IMG/VR virus record: IMGVR_UViG_3300037466_001335
Coordinates: 16,926-80,925 of that record
Source of the DNA: a virus
Taxonomy: Duplodnaviria; Caudoviricetes
Direction: 5' to 3' (one strand)
Length of the DNA: 64,000 nucleotides
Made by a program: the position numbers and the translations under genes. Below, piece after piece: positions 26,548 through 35,970 of the stretch (positions within the stretch are counted from its first letter, which is position 1; each line of letters begins with the position of its first letter). Under the pieces are notes generated by a model that was not told the DNA's origin, did no database searches, and saw nothing but the letters and a program-made list of their open reading frames with translations.

Positions 26548-26573
26548 AAAAGAAAAAGCCCTCCGAAGAGGGC
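26548..26573 (-). terminator. intrinsic terminator (cUUCGg loop)
   Basis: gccctc-ttcg-gagggc then T tract on minus strand. Confidence 0.85.
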
Positions 26574-26612
26574 AAAGTGCTTCACGAGGGAGGGTTGTCT
26601 CTGGCGAAACTG

Positions 26613-27275
26613 TTACATAACACCTTGCAGCAGTTTGGCAAGCTTCAGGGCGAATTCCATCATTTTCTCGTCCACCTCAGCTTGCGACACGCCCGGACCC
26701 GGCACAACAGGCTGCATCAACGTGGGCGACTCCGCAGCCACTTGGCCCAACTCGGACAGATAGCGTTTCATTGCTGCCTCGCTGCGCTTGTTCGATTTCT
26801 TGTTGTAGGCACGCTTCGTCTTGGCCTTCTCTTCAGCCGAACGAACCACCTTTGCACCTTCCGGGTTGTTTGCTGTCGCAACACCTTTCTGCTCAGGCTT
26901 CTTTGTTTCCTTGTCGTGCATCTCCTGCGCAAGCTGTTGCAGCGTTTCCGGTTCGTCCTTCTTTTCCTCATCTTTCTTGACAAGCACAAGGTTGGCATCG
27001 TTAAGCTTGCGAGGCAAAGCCTTCGTCTTCGGAAAGCGTTGACGCACAAGGATGTCATGCTCCGGAATGTTGGCATGCTTGGCATACGCACGAGCCACTT
27101 GCAGAGCCTGCTCAGGGTTGAGATGTTCCGTGTGCATGTAAAAATCGTAGCCTACTTCCACGTCCTTGCCGTCCATGTAGGCTTTGAGACGACCGTTGCC
27201 ACTTTCTTTCGACTCCACGTCAAAGATGACAGGGGTGTTCGTCAGGGGATAGATTCGTGCGATAACTTGTTTCAT
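26613..27275 (-). CDS. hypothetical protein, monocistronic first gene of early block
   Basis: AGGAG RBS, own promoter and terminator, K/E-rich C-terminal half. Confidence 0.8.
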   Translation of the reverse strand: MKQVIARIYPLTNTPVIFDVESKESGNGRLKAYMDGKDVEVGYDFYMHTEHLNPEQALQVARAYAKHANIPEHDILVRQRFPKTKALPRKLNDANLVLVKKDEEKKDEPETLQQLAQEMHDKETKKPEQKGVATANNPEGAKVVRSAEEKAKTKRAYNKKSNKRSEAAMKRYLSELGQVAAESPTLMQPVVPGPGVSQAEVDEKMMEFALKLAKLLQGVM

Positions 27276-27398
27276 GATGATGTTGCTCCTATATAGTGTT
27301 TGCGTGTATTTAGTTAAGTAGTGCTACTTATGAATTTGTCAGCTTCGACAGCTTTGCTTCTTCTTTGGCATCGCTGTGTTGCGCTGTCGATGAAGTGC

Positions 27399-27427
27399 AT
27401 CTTATCTAATGGTGTTGTACCTGTCAA
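27399..27427 (-). promoter_or_regulatory. sigma70 promoter
   Basis: TTGACA-17-TAAGAT. Confidence 0.8.
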
Positions 27428-27583
27428 GCGTGTTAGGTCAAAAACTACAAATATTTCTTGATGTTTGCTGTCGAGCATGCTAGGAAGTGAAAATTCACAG
27501 CCAGCCTGTATGCATAAACAGTGGTAGTGTCAGCAAAGTCCTACGTAAATACTCGGGTATGTGAGAATCGCGTGATAATTTCC

Positions 27584-27612
27584 TTGTGCTGAGCATGTTC
27601 AAGGTCTATATT
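27584..27612 (+). promoter_or_regulatory. possible sigma70 promoter in non-coding zone
   Basis: TTGTGC-17-TATATT. Confidence 0.45.
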
Positions 27613-27964
27613 GAACACAAGACGAGTGTAATTCTTGCGCTATCTATCTTCTGTACGGCGCTTAACGTTACATTGTTAGTGAGTGACCTATCAGAATTGA
27701 TAGGGTGTGCCCTGTAGGGTGAGAGTAGGATGAACACTAGAGATAGTTTTTGAACCGTGTAACTTACGGGTAGGGCCATCTATCGTCTTTTGAAAAGCAA
27801 CCGCTATGGATTAGTGGGTAGGGAGAGGTACATTCTGAATTTGCAGCCCTGGAGGTTGCACGGGAGAGATGCGCCTAGAGGGATGTGAAAGGAATACAGA
27901 AGGGCGTGTTGCTGGAGGAGAGTTGGAATAAAGTGTAGAAGAGAATTTAGAGGGGATGCCCAAG

Positions 27965-27983
27965 ATACCCCTCGTTGATGACA
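27965..27983. repeat. 19 bp dispersed direct repeat, copy 2
   Basis: ATACCCCTCGTTGATGACA. Confidence 0.65.
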
Positions 27984-28039
27984 TTATGTGCTGGATTCTA
28001 GCTCAGCAGCTAACTTCTCGTTATAAATTGCTGCCAAAT

Positions 28040-28687
28040 TCAGAAATCATTTTTAGCCATCTCCACCATTCGTGTGCCGAAGAACACAACTTTTTCAGCA
28101 TCGTACAAGCCATCGTCGTAGCCCTTCTTAGCCACACCTAGTGCTCGTGCTGCACAGGAGCGCCAGATGGCTTTGAAAGCGTTCCCTTCAGCATAGTTCA
28201 TGTTGAGCGCTTCGATGATGTCGTTGCACTCGGCTACGTAAGGAGCGCTGTCAGGGTTAGTGGGTTTACTCACTTCGACTTTATAGTAGCTGACAGACGA
28301 GCCTGTGTATTCTTCTGAAGGTTGTTCTTCATCTTGCGTAGCATCCTCTTCCACAACTTCAAAACGGCACTTATGCCAAGAGGCGTTGATGCCCTCCAAC
28401 ACATAATCTTTCTCAAGATACTCGCCGGTGGCAACATAAATTTCACCACGCTTAAGTGCATACTCGGCGCGTTCATCGTCAATACAACGTACGCGAAAAG
28501 GGAACTCGGGCTGTTCATCTTGAACTTCCGTGTCATCCACCATCAGCAGCCTTGCACCATGCCCGTGCTCACCGAGCAAGCGATACCAGCCAGGGGACGC
28601 CAAAATACATTCTACAGTGAACACTTTACCAACTTCCCCCTTATACCACAGATCATCGTGTGCACTTTTAATCACTTTCACCTTCAT
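28040..28687 (-). CDS. DUF3310/T7 gp1.7-related protein (possible nucleotide kinase domain)
   Basis: C-terminal SYYKV..AECNDIIEALNM..EGNAFKAIWR..YDAEK motif. Confidence 0.6.
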   Translation of the reverse strand: MKVKVIKSAHDDLWYKGEVGKVFTVECILASPGWYRLLGEHGHGARLLMVDDTEVQDEQPEFPFRVRCIDDERAEYALKRGEIYVATGEYLEKDYVLEGINASWHKCRFEVVEEDATQDEEQPSEEYTGSSVSYYKVEVSKPTNPDSAPYVAECNDIIEALNMNYAEGNAFKAIWRSCAARALGVAKKGYDDGLYDAEKVVFFGTRMVEMAKNDF

Positions 28688-28720
28688 AACACCCTCCCAT
28701 AAAATTTGACAACAAGCTGC

Positions 28721-28749
28721 ATCATACTCTCCTACGACGCCACTGTCAA
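28721..28749 (-). promoter_or_regulatory. sigma70 promoter
   Basis: TTGACA-17-TATGAT. Confidence 0.85.
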
Positions 28750-28856
28750 GCCCGTCCTGCTAAGATTGTTGTGCAGCGTAGCAGGCTTAAAATTGTTGTT
28801 GACAAAGCGCTGCGATATGTGAGAGTATGGCTGCACTGAACTAACAAGGAGGGTGT

Positions 28857-29168
28857 ATGAATTTCCCAATTGGAAGTATTTGCACAATAGTGCAGTCAGG
28901 AGATGTTCAAGCAAAATTTGTAGGGCTAGAGTGTACAGTTGTTGAAGGGCCAATTCCTCTGGATACACGCTGTGCGAACGGGGATTTGGAAGAATTTCAA
29001 GGTTATTTGATAGTTGTTGAGGGCATGGGGGACACCGAATTTGGAGTGAAGCCCCAGTCGCTCAAACTTAAGCGCTACCCAGGACAACTTGACTCTTGGG
29101 CAACAGAGAAAGTGAAGCAGCTTTTCACGCCAAATCCAAAACTTGTAGAGGAGATGGTACATGACTAA
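28857..29168 (+). CDS. hypothetical protein
   Basis: AAGGAGG RBS, 103 aa. Confidence 0.8.
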   Translation: MNFPIGSICTIVQSGDVQAKFVGLECTVVEGPIPLDTRCANGDLEEFQGYLIVVEGMGDTEFGVKPQSLKLKRYPGQLDSWATEKVKQLFTPNPKLVEEMVHD

Positions 29169-29403
29169 GAATGAACTGATGGACTACTGCTGGAGCAGAG
29201 ACTTTGGCTACACAGAAGTTCTTAACATTGCTTGCCGTTCGAACAGTACGGACATTCCTACGAAAGAGGAATACGCCAAGTATTCCCATGAGGCATTCGA
29301 AAGCATGCTTAGTTGGCTGGATCAGCAGTATGAGGACAGCCGCACGGAAGAACAGCGCGCGAAGGATGAACTAGGGTTTCCAATGGAGGATCGGGGGCGA
29401 TGA
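29161..29403 (+). CDS. hypothetical protein
   Basis: Overlap-coupled, 80 aa. Confidence 0.7.
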   Translation: MTKNELMDYCWSRDFGYTEVLNIACRSNSTDIPTKEEYAKYSHEAFESMLSWLDQQYEDSRTEEQRAKDELGFPMEDRGR

Positions 29404-29560
29404 ACTACTGCGGTGATACTGACGAAGACTGCACTGCTAACGAAGTATTTTCCAAGCTCGTCAGCGAAGACGAACTGAATTTGACACAAAAGTTCATTGC
29501 ACAAGACTACTTCAAATGGGGCTGGGAAGCTGCATTAGAGTGGGTCAAGAAAGTTGAACG

Positions 29561-29959
29561 TTGAGCACAACAGGGGCTCTTGTCCTAGTGTTACTCTTGT
29601 CGCAAGGCGCACAAGCTAGGAGTGCTGACGAACACTGCAAAGCATACACAATAATGCGTGAAGCGGGGTCTGAGAGCAAACGAAGCCGTCGTGCTGTCTT
29701 AGATGTCCTCGAAAATCGCATGCGTAAGATGCACAAGAGTTGTAAGGCCACTGTGTCGCAAGCGCATCAGTTTTCTTGGTACAAGCGTGGCATCAAGTTG
29801 AAGGTTGACAGAATTCGCTTGCAATCTTATCGAGATGTGGCTACAATGCGCCCTGTGCTGAGAAGCTGTGCAGAATTCTTTCACAGCGGGGAGAAGCCAA
29901 GCTGGGCAAGGAAGATGAAGTTGGTGCACAAGGAAGAGAAACTTAAATTTTATTGTTAG
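29561..29959 (+). CDS. SleB-like cell wall hydrolase
   Basis: Signal peptide, TIMREA (catalytic Glu), AVLDVLENR, VSQAHQFSW, HKEEKLKFY. Confidence 0.8.
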   Translation: MSTTGALVLVLLLSQGAQARSADEHCKAYTIMREAGSESKRSRRAVLDVLENRMRKMHKSCKATVSQAHQFSWYKRGIKLKVDRIRLQSYRDVATMRPVLRSCAEFFHSGEKPSWARKMKLVHKEEKLKFYC

Positions 29960-29964
29960 GAGGG

Positions 29965-30258
29965 ATGATGAAAGGTATTTACGAGTTCTTTTGGGACTGT
30001 GGCCGTATGGGCGAAGTGGGCGGTACGTTCATTGCAGACAGTAATTTGGTTGATAAAGCCATCGGTAAGCAAGTGTATTTTGGCGAGATTCTTGGCAAAC
30101 ACAGTGAAGTATATGGCAAACTTGACGAGAGTGACCTTGTGCTGAAGACACAAGATCAAGGCTTTATTGCCAAGTTCGAAGATATTATGGGTGAAGGTTA
30201 CAGCACTAGTTACAATCCGCTGGACTATATTGAAACTGACGAAGAGGAGGATGAATGA
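29965..30258 (+). CDS. hypothetical protein
   Basis: AGGAGG RBS. Confidence 0.75.
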   Translation: MMKGIYEFFWDCGRMGEVGGTFIADSNLVDKAIGKQVYFGEILGKHSEVYGKLDESDLVLKTQDQGFIAKFEDIMGEGYSTSYNPLDYIETDEEEDE

Positions 30259-30575
30259 CTCTTGAACAACTGAAAGCAATGCTTGACGCAGAGTGCCTGA
30301 ACGAATACGGCGAAGGTTGCTATGACATCGAGAACATCGATTTTGACGATGAACACGGCCTGAAAGTAGTTGTATCTGGCGAATGGGTGCAAGATGGTAA
30401 GTATCAATACCACGAAGAGATTGTGCAAGATAATGAAGGCAACTACTTCTGCATCAACAACAATCGCTCCGGTAGCTATCACACGGATTGGTATTACGGA
30501 GAGCCTAGTGTTTGCCAAGTGAAGCGTGTTGAGAAAGTTGTGACGAAAACACTTGTTAACTGGGAGGCTGTGTGA
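30255..30575 (+). CDS. hypothetical phage protein
   Basis: GAGGAGG RBS; RSGSYHTDWYY motif. Confidence 0.75.
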   Translation: MTLEQLKAMLDAECLNEYGEGCYDIENIDFDDEHGLKVVVSGEWVQDGKYQYHEEIVQDNEGNYFCINNNRSGSYHTDWYYGEPSVCQVKRVEKVVTKTLVNWEAV

Positions 30576-31599
30576 CAAAAATCTTCGGAATCCTCGACAC
30601 AGAAACTAACGAGTTTGTGTCGTACAACAGCAAGTGTGCGTGGTCCAAAATTGGCAACGCTAAGAATGCTTTTGCGTTACATGGGAATGTCTACGATAAA
30701 TTTGCAGGTTGTTTTGTGAAACCTTATTTCGATGACCAGACACGTTACGTCATCGTTGACTTGACAGAAACTTACTATCGATTGGAAGGGCTGGAAAAAT
30801 GAAGACTTACGTAGAGGTGGCTTGCACTATTTACAAAACTGCACTTGTGGAAGTTGAGCATGAACGAGACACAAGTGAAGCAGAAGTTCTTGACATCGCA
30901 ATGACCGTTGCCAGGGATGAATACTCGGCAGATGACGTTGAAATTGTGGGGATTGACTACACTAAACCGACTAAGAATAATATGGCAAAGTATGATGACT
31001 TTTTGGAGGTAAACGAATGAACGACGAAATGATGAAGCGCTTTGACGAGAGAATGCAAGAGAAAAAGGCTAATCAGCCCAAGCTGCACGATTTCACGGCT
31101 GAGTTTCGGATTGGGATTAAGGCAAAAGACGAAGAAACGGCACAAGGCACTGTGAAGATTATTGAGCAGATGCTTACGCGGTTTGAGGATATTGGATTTG
31201 TGGAGGGGAAGTTGAAATGATTGTCATGATGATATTGTACGCCATTCTTGGATTTGTGTTGACTTGTGCAGGTGTCAGCACGCCTTATCTTGCCGGTGTA
31301 GTCGCAGTCGTTGCTTGCATTGACGTGTGGTCACATATCTGTGCTAAGACGGGGAAGATTAAATGACTGACGACGAACGCAACTTTATTATCGAACTTGA
31401 GGCTTTGTCTCGCAAGTACAAAGTGCTAGTCGGCGGCTGTGGCTGCTGCGGAAGCCCTTACCTCACCAAAATTTCTGATGAATGTGAGTGGGACGAACGA
31501 GAGGGCTACACTTACGAGGATCGTCTAGATTGGCTTGAAATGGACGATTATGATTGGGATGAAATGAAGGGTAAGATTGTTGGGAAGGAAACGAATTGA
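30572..31599 (+). other. run of small hypothetical genes
   Basis: 30572..30802, 30799..31020, 31017..31220, 31363..31599, mostly with overlapping start/stops. Confidence 0.7.
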
Positions 31600-32351
31600 G
31601 CCGAGAAATTAAATACGAAGAAATTGGTGTAGAACTGATCGACTACATGGGTAGCGATCTTCGCGTATCTAACGTAGCAAAAGTCAGCTTCAATAAATGG
31701 GATGACGAGTCTGTAGAGATTAACGACAAACAGAAAGGCTTGCTGTCATATCTTGCAACTGGCTTGCCAAGCAGCGAGCGGGATGATTGGGAGAAGCGTG
31801 CTAAGGCAAGCACTCATTTCACCCCATACGGACATTGCTTTCTTACGCTGCGTTGCTCTGCCCCGATCTTCCTCGCACGCCAACTTGTAAAGCATCAGAT
31901 TGGTCTGTGTTGGAATGAGGAGAGCCGTCGTTACATCACTGAAGATGTTGCACTGTGGTTGCCAGAAGCGGTGCACAAGAAACCTGAGAATGCTAAACAG
32001 GGCGCGAGTGCTGACGTTCACGAGGATGCGATTTTTTCTTACATCGGCTACTATGGAGAGGTTTATGAAGAACCTATGGACATGATTCGCAAGCAGGCAG
32101 AGAGTGCTGTGGAAACGTACTACAGACTGATCGAAGGTGGTGTGGCGGGTGAAGAGGCTCGCATGGTTCTCCCATTAAACGCTGTAACACACTGGATTTG
32201 GAGCGGAAGCTTGATGGCATTTATGCGTGTTGTGAAGCAGCGCGTGGACAGTCATGCGCAAGGGGCAGCACAAGAGTTTGGACACAAGCTGCTCGCCATC
32301 CTCGAAGATAAGTTCCCTGAGAGCGTTAAAGCGTTTGAACTCTCTGCTTGA
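31596..32351 (+). CDS. thyX: flavin-dependent thymidylate synthase
   Basis: VELIDYMGSD, HFTPYGH, APIFLARQLVKH..WNEESRRY, EEARMVLP, R..HAQ. Confidence 0.92.
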   Translation: MSREIKYEEIGVELIDYMGSDLRVSNVAKVSFNKWDDESVEINDKQKGLLSYLATGLPSSERDDWEKRAKASTHFTPYGHCFLTLRCSAPIFLARQLVKHQIGLCWNEESRRYITEDVALWLPEAVHKKPENAKQGASADVHEDAIFSYIGYYGEVYEEPMDMIRKQAESAVETYYRLIEGGVAGEEARMVLPLNAVTHWIWSGSLMAFMRVVKQRVDSHAQGAAQEFGHKLLAILEDKFPESVKAFELSA

Positions 32352-32376
32352 CTCAACATTAGTTCTCGTGTAATAT
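32348..32376 (+). promoter_or_regulatory. sigma70 promoter
   Basis: TTGACT-17-TAATAT. Confidence 0.75.
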
Positions 32377-32446
32377 GGCCTCACGCTCACCACTGCTGAT
32401 CCCAGCAGAACTTTCGAGCGTAACTTCAATAACAAAGGATATAACC

Positions 32447-32758
32447 ATGAAGAAAATTATCGCTTTCACTGCAATGTTCTTTGCCGCTTCGGCAGCGTTC
32501 TCGCAAAGCCTGCCTGTGTCGGCGTCTTACGATGGCCGTGTGTCGTCGCCTAGTGTATCTGCTACGGCCACTGCACAGGATGTCAGCGCACCGTACATTG
32601 GTGCTATGGATTGCTGCACAGTGTCCAATCCTGTCTCGGCTCCGCAGATGACTGCACAAGACGACAGCAGCAATTCGCTTGCAATGGCGGGCTTGGGCTT
32701 TGGCCTGTTTGGTCTAGTTGGCCTGACGAAGTTTGCTCGTCGGAAGAAGCAGAAGTAA
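32447..32758 (+). CDS. secreted protein with C-terminal membrane anchor (CTERM-like)
   Basis: MKKIIAF..AAFS signal peptide; S/A/P-rich body; TM plus RRKKQK tail. Confidence 0.8.
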   Translation: MKKIIAFTAMFFAASAAFSQSLPVSASYDGRVSSPSVSATATAQDVSAPYIGAMDCCTVSNPVSAPQMTAQDDSSNSLAMAGLGFGLFGLVGLTKFARRKKQK

Positions 32759-32769
32759 TTTGTAGAGAG

Positions 32770-32793
32770 GAGGGCTTCGGCCCTCTGTTAATT
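32770..32793 (+). terminator. intrinsic terminator (cUUCGg loop)
   Basis: gagggc-ttcg-gccctc then T-rich tract. Confidence 0.7.
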
Positions 32794-32809
32794 TAACTAA
32801 GGAGGGAAT

Positions 32810-33034
32810 ATGAAAAAGCTTATCGCAATCTCAGCAGTGGCTGTCGCTCTGACGGGCTGCACTTCCAAAACCGAGTACGGTGAATGTATCGGCGTCCTAC
32901 AAGACAAGAAGCCTGATTTGGAATACAAACTGTCGGGGTGGAACACGTTTCTTGCAGTGGTGTTCGGCGAGACAATTGTAGTGCCAATCATGGTTGTCGC
33001 TAACGAGCATTCCTGCCCGGTGTCAAAGAAATAA
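32810..33034 (+). CDS. lipoprotein
   Basis: MKK-hydrophobic-LTG/C lipobox. Confidence 0.8.
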   Translation: MKKLIAISAVAVALTGCTSKTEYGECIGVLQDKKPDLEYKLSGWNTFLAVVFGETIVVPIMVVANEHSCPVSKK

Positions 33035-33050
33035 TCATTAAGGAGGTTGT

Positions 33051-34254
33051 ATGATTGCTGTTGCTATTATTGTAGGGCTTGTGGTATTTGTGTGGGCTGT
33101 CATTGCAGCCGTCCGTATTGAAATGGTCTATAAGTACCTTGATCGCAGGATTGATGAAGTTTATGCATCCCCAAATTGGTATAAATATGACATCGATATT
33201 TCTGGCACTTACAACAAGGCCTTTTGGGATTATCGCAAGTGGAAATACGAAGATTTCTTCCCGGAGGCTGTAGAATGAAAAAGGTCAAACAAGGTCACAC
33301 AAAATTTAAGGTTGTAGTGTATGATCCTGGTAAAATTGAAGGTTATGATGATCGTCATGTTGCATGCGTATATACTTGTGCCGTAACAAAAGTTCATGGA
33401 CATTCAATCTACTATTCGACTGAAAGCGGCCCGTACATCGCACACGTACTATTCTGGCACAACAAGCTGTTCAGCACTCGTCGTAAGGCTTTGCGATACG
33501 CACGACAGCAAATCGATAAAATCGACAGGGAGAACGGATACAAATGAAACAAGTCTTTGAAGATTTGATCTTGTACCTAAAGCTGCAAAGCGGGAATTTC
33601 CACTACGAAGCAGAAAATGGCTCTGACGAGTTTGATCTAAGTGCGCTTTGGAGTGAGATTAGAGCGTTCAGCGCAGAATTTGAGAGGCAGATACAATGAG
33701 CATCCTAGACCAAATCGAAACACAATGGCTTTCCTACATTGGGGAGACGGGACGCTCTGCAAAATATTTATTCCTTGGCTACAAGGAAATTGCGGAGTTG
33801 GATAAGGAGCTTGGCATGATTACGTTTCGGCACAAGGATATGGACGTTATTCGTGTTGACCGTGAGAGTCATGTTTCTTGTGGGAATAAATATCGGGAGG
33901 ATGTATGAACAAGTATAAGATTCATATTGAAGATGGCTATATCACTGTGACGCTGCTTAAGGAGGAAGCTGTTCAGGCATTCTACTTTGATGCCGGGGCT
34001 GATGACATTGGCACTGCGCAGGAGTTGTATGATTTGCTTTTGAGCACAGGTGCAGATGTGGATGAGTGGGAGGGTCGATGAATCTGATTGACATGTACGT
34101 TGTGGAAGTGATTGGCGAGCCTTACGAGGCTTATGGTCGGTGGCTGGTCAAAGTAAAGGCTGACGGATGGGGGCATGTCTCGGAAAGTACTGTGATGTGC
34201 AGAACTCTGGAAGAGGCTGAGAATGTTAAGCCTGGGTTTGTTTATCAGGCATAG
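33051..34254 (+). other. run of small hypothetical genes
   Basis: 33051..33278 (TM), 33275..33547, 33696..33908, 33905..34081 (acidic), 34078..34254. Confidence 0.7.
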
Positions 34255-34259
34255 GAGGG

Positions 34260-35915
34260 TTGATGGGTTACGAGCGAAAGGGTAAGGACTACAAAGATAT
34301 GACTGAATTCGTACCAAAAGAGAAAGTGCAAGACGTGCTTGAGTATCCGTTCGTGGATATTCCGGCACGAGGGATTCGTAAGGAAACTTGCGAAAAATTT
34401 GGCGTACGGGCTGCGTTGTCACAAAAGGACGGCAAGACTGTAGAGGCAGTGTACTTCCCTTCGTACAACCAAAAAGGCAAGCTAACAGGCTTCAAGAAAC
34501 AAGACCTCACAAAAGATAAGAGCGAAACTTTTCACTGGACTACGGTAGGTAGCGTCAACATTGGTAACAAAATGTTTGGTCAAGATGTCGCGGAGAAAGT
34601 TCAGCGAAAGCGCAATAATCTTATCGCAACAGAGGGCGAATGGGACGCAATGAGCGTTTATCAAGCTTGTGTGGATGATGTCAAGGGAACAAAGTTTGCT
34701 GGGATGGAACCCTTTGCTGTAAGTATTCCGCTAGGCACTGCTAATGCGGTAGAGTCGTTCCTTCACAATAATGACTTTGTACACAGCTTTGAGGGCTGCA
34801 CCTTCTTTTTTGATGACGACTATTGCACGCCAGCGGAGAAGAAGAAAAACATTATGAAGGGACATGAAGCACGAGAGGCTGTTGCCAACGCTCTTGTGGG
34901 TTCGTCCCTTGCAATGTTTGTACTCACACCGGGCGACGGGCACAAGGATGCATCCGACATGATGCAGGCTGGACTGTCGAAAGAGTTGGCAAAGCTTGTC
35001 TCATTTGGTAAGCGTGTCTATAGCGCCGAGAAGATTGTTAAGGCTTCTGACATCAGTTTTGACGAGCTTATCGAAGCACGAGAAGAGGGCATCTACATCG
35101 ATTGCTTCCCTGGCCTGATGAAGAAGATTCATGGCTTCCGAAAGCGTGAGCTTGTTCTTGTTACGTCACCCTCCGGTGTGGGCAAATCGACTGTGACAAG
35201 CATCATCGGCAGCGGCTTGCAGAAAGCTGGTGAACGTGTCGGTATGATCTACCTTGAAGAGAACAACAAAGAAACTCTTCAGCGCATGGTTGCGGCGGAA
35301 CTGAAGGTTAACTACAACAAGTTTAAGAACAATCCGCTTAGCTGCGCAAGTCGTGAAGATATCCAAGCAGCTTATGATAAAATTGTTGAGAACGATAGTG
35401 TTGTTATGCTAGGTCACTTTGGCTCGCTGCCTATTACGGAGCTTATGGCTAAGATTAAGCATATGCACCTTGTAGAGAAGTGTGGATATATCATTCTTGA
35501 CCACCTTAGCGTTGTTATCAGCGGCTCTGACATTGCCAACGAGCGCAAGGAGCTTGACATGGTGATGACCGAGCTTGCTGCGTTCTGTGCTGCAAATGAT
35601 GTTGGCATTCTTGCTGTGTCGCACATCAACCGCACTGCCGCTCAAGACTTCAAACCCCCAAAGGGTGAGGAAGATCAACCATTTTGGGTGAAGGTGACTA
35701 AGGAAATGATGAGAGGTAGTGCGGCCCTTGAGCAGCTTAGCTGGATTATCATTGGCCTGGAGCCTCAGATTATGCCAGATCGTAGCCGTGGAAATGTTCG
35801 CACTACAGTGCTCAAGAATCGCCCATGGAGCTATCTTGGCGTCGCTGATGAGTTTTCGATTGATGAGGATACATGGGAAGTGTTGCTGGCAGATCAAGTT
35901 GTGCCGCAATTCTAA
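34260..35915 (+). CDS. DNA primase-helicase (T7 gp4-like, no N-terminal zinc finger)
   Basis: RGI..TCEKFGV, TOPRIM EGEWDAMS and FDDD, Walker A SPSGVGKS, YLEE, ILDHLS, MRGSAALEQ, KNR. Confidence 0.93.
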   Translation: MMGYERKGKDYKDMTEFVPKEKVQDVLEYPFVDIPARGIRKETCEKFGVRAALSQKDGKTVEAVYFPSYNQKGKLTGFKKQDLTKDKSETFHWTTVGSVNIGNKMFGQDVAEKVQRKRNNLIATEGEWDAMSVYQACVDDVKGTKFAGMEPFAVSIPLGTANAVESFLHNNDFVHSFEGCTFFFDDDYCTPAEKKKNIMKGHEAREAVANALVGSSLAMFVLTPGDGHKDASDMMQAGLSKELAKLVSFGKRVYSAEKIVKASDISFDELIEAREEGIYIDCFPGLMKKIHGFRKRELVLVTSPSGVGKSTVTSIIGSGLQKAGERVGMIYLEENNKETLQRMVAAELKVNYNKFKNNPLSCASREDIQAAYDKIVENDSVVMLGHFGSLPITELMAKIKHMHLVEKCGYIILDHLSVVISGSDIANERKELDMVMTELAAFCAANDVGILAVSHINRTAAQDFKPPKGEEDQPFWVKVTKEMMRGSAALEQLSWIIIGLEPQIMPDRSRGNVRTTVLKNRPWSYLGVADEFSIDEDTWEVLLADQVVPQF

Positions 35916-35944
35916 TTGACACAGGCGTAAATTTGCTCTACAAT
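35916..35944 (+). promoter_or_regulatory. sigma70 promoter
   Basis: TTGACA-17-TACAAT. Confidence 0.85.
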
Positions 35945-35970
35945 ACGCCTAACATTCTTAAGGAGGGTAC

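Larger units (their letters stand above)
9561..27275 (-). other. early/accessory block of ~60 small co-oriented genes
   Basis: Dense tandem small ORFs with RBSs and overlapping start/stops; at least 10 sigma70 promoters on minus strand. Confidence 0.85.

Noticed and set aside
29561-29959. SleB-like hydrolase as the main endolysin
   Set aside because: It lies in the replication operon, while a holin-flanked M15C endolysin exists at 53926; such secondary hydrolases are common in phages.
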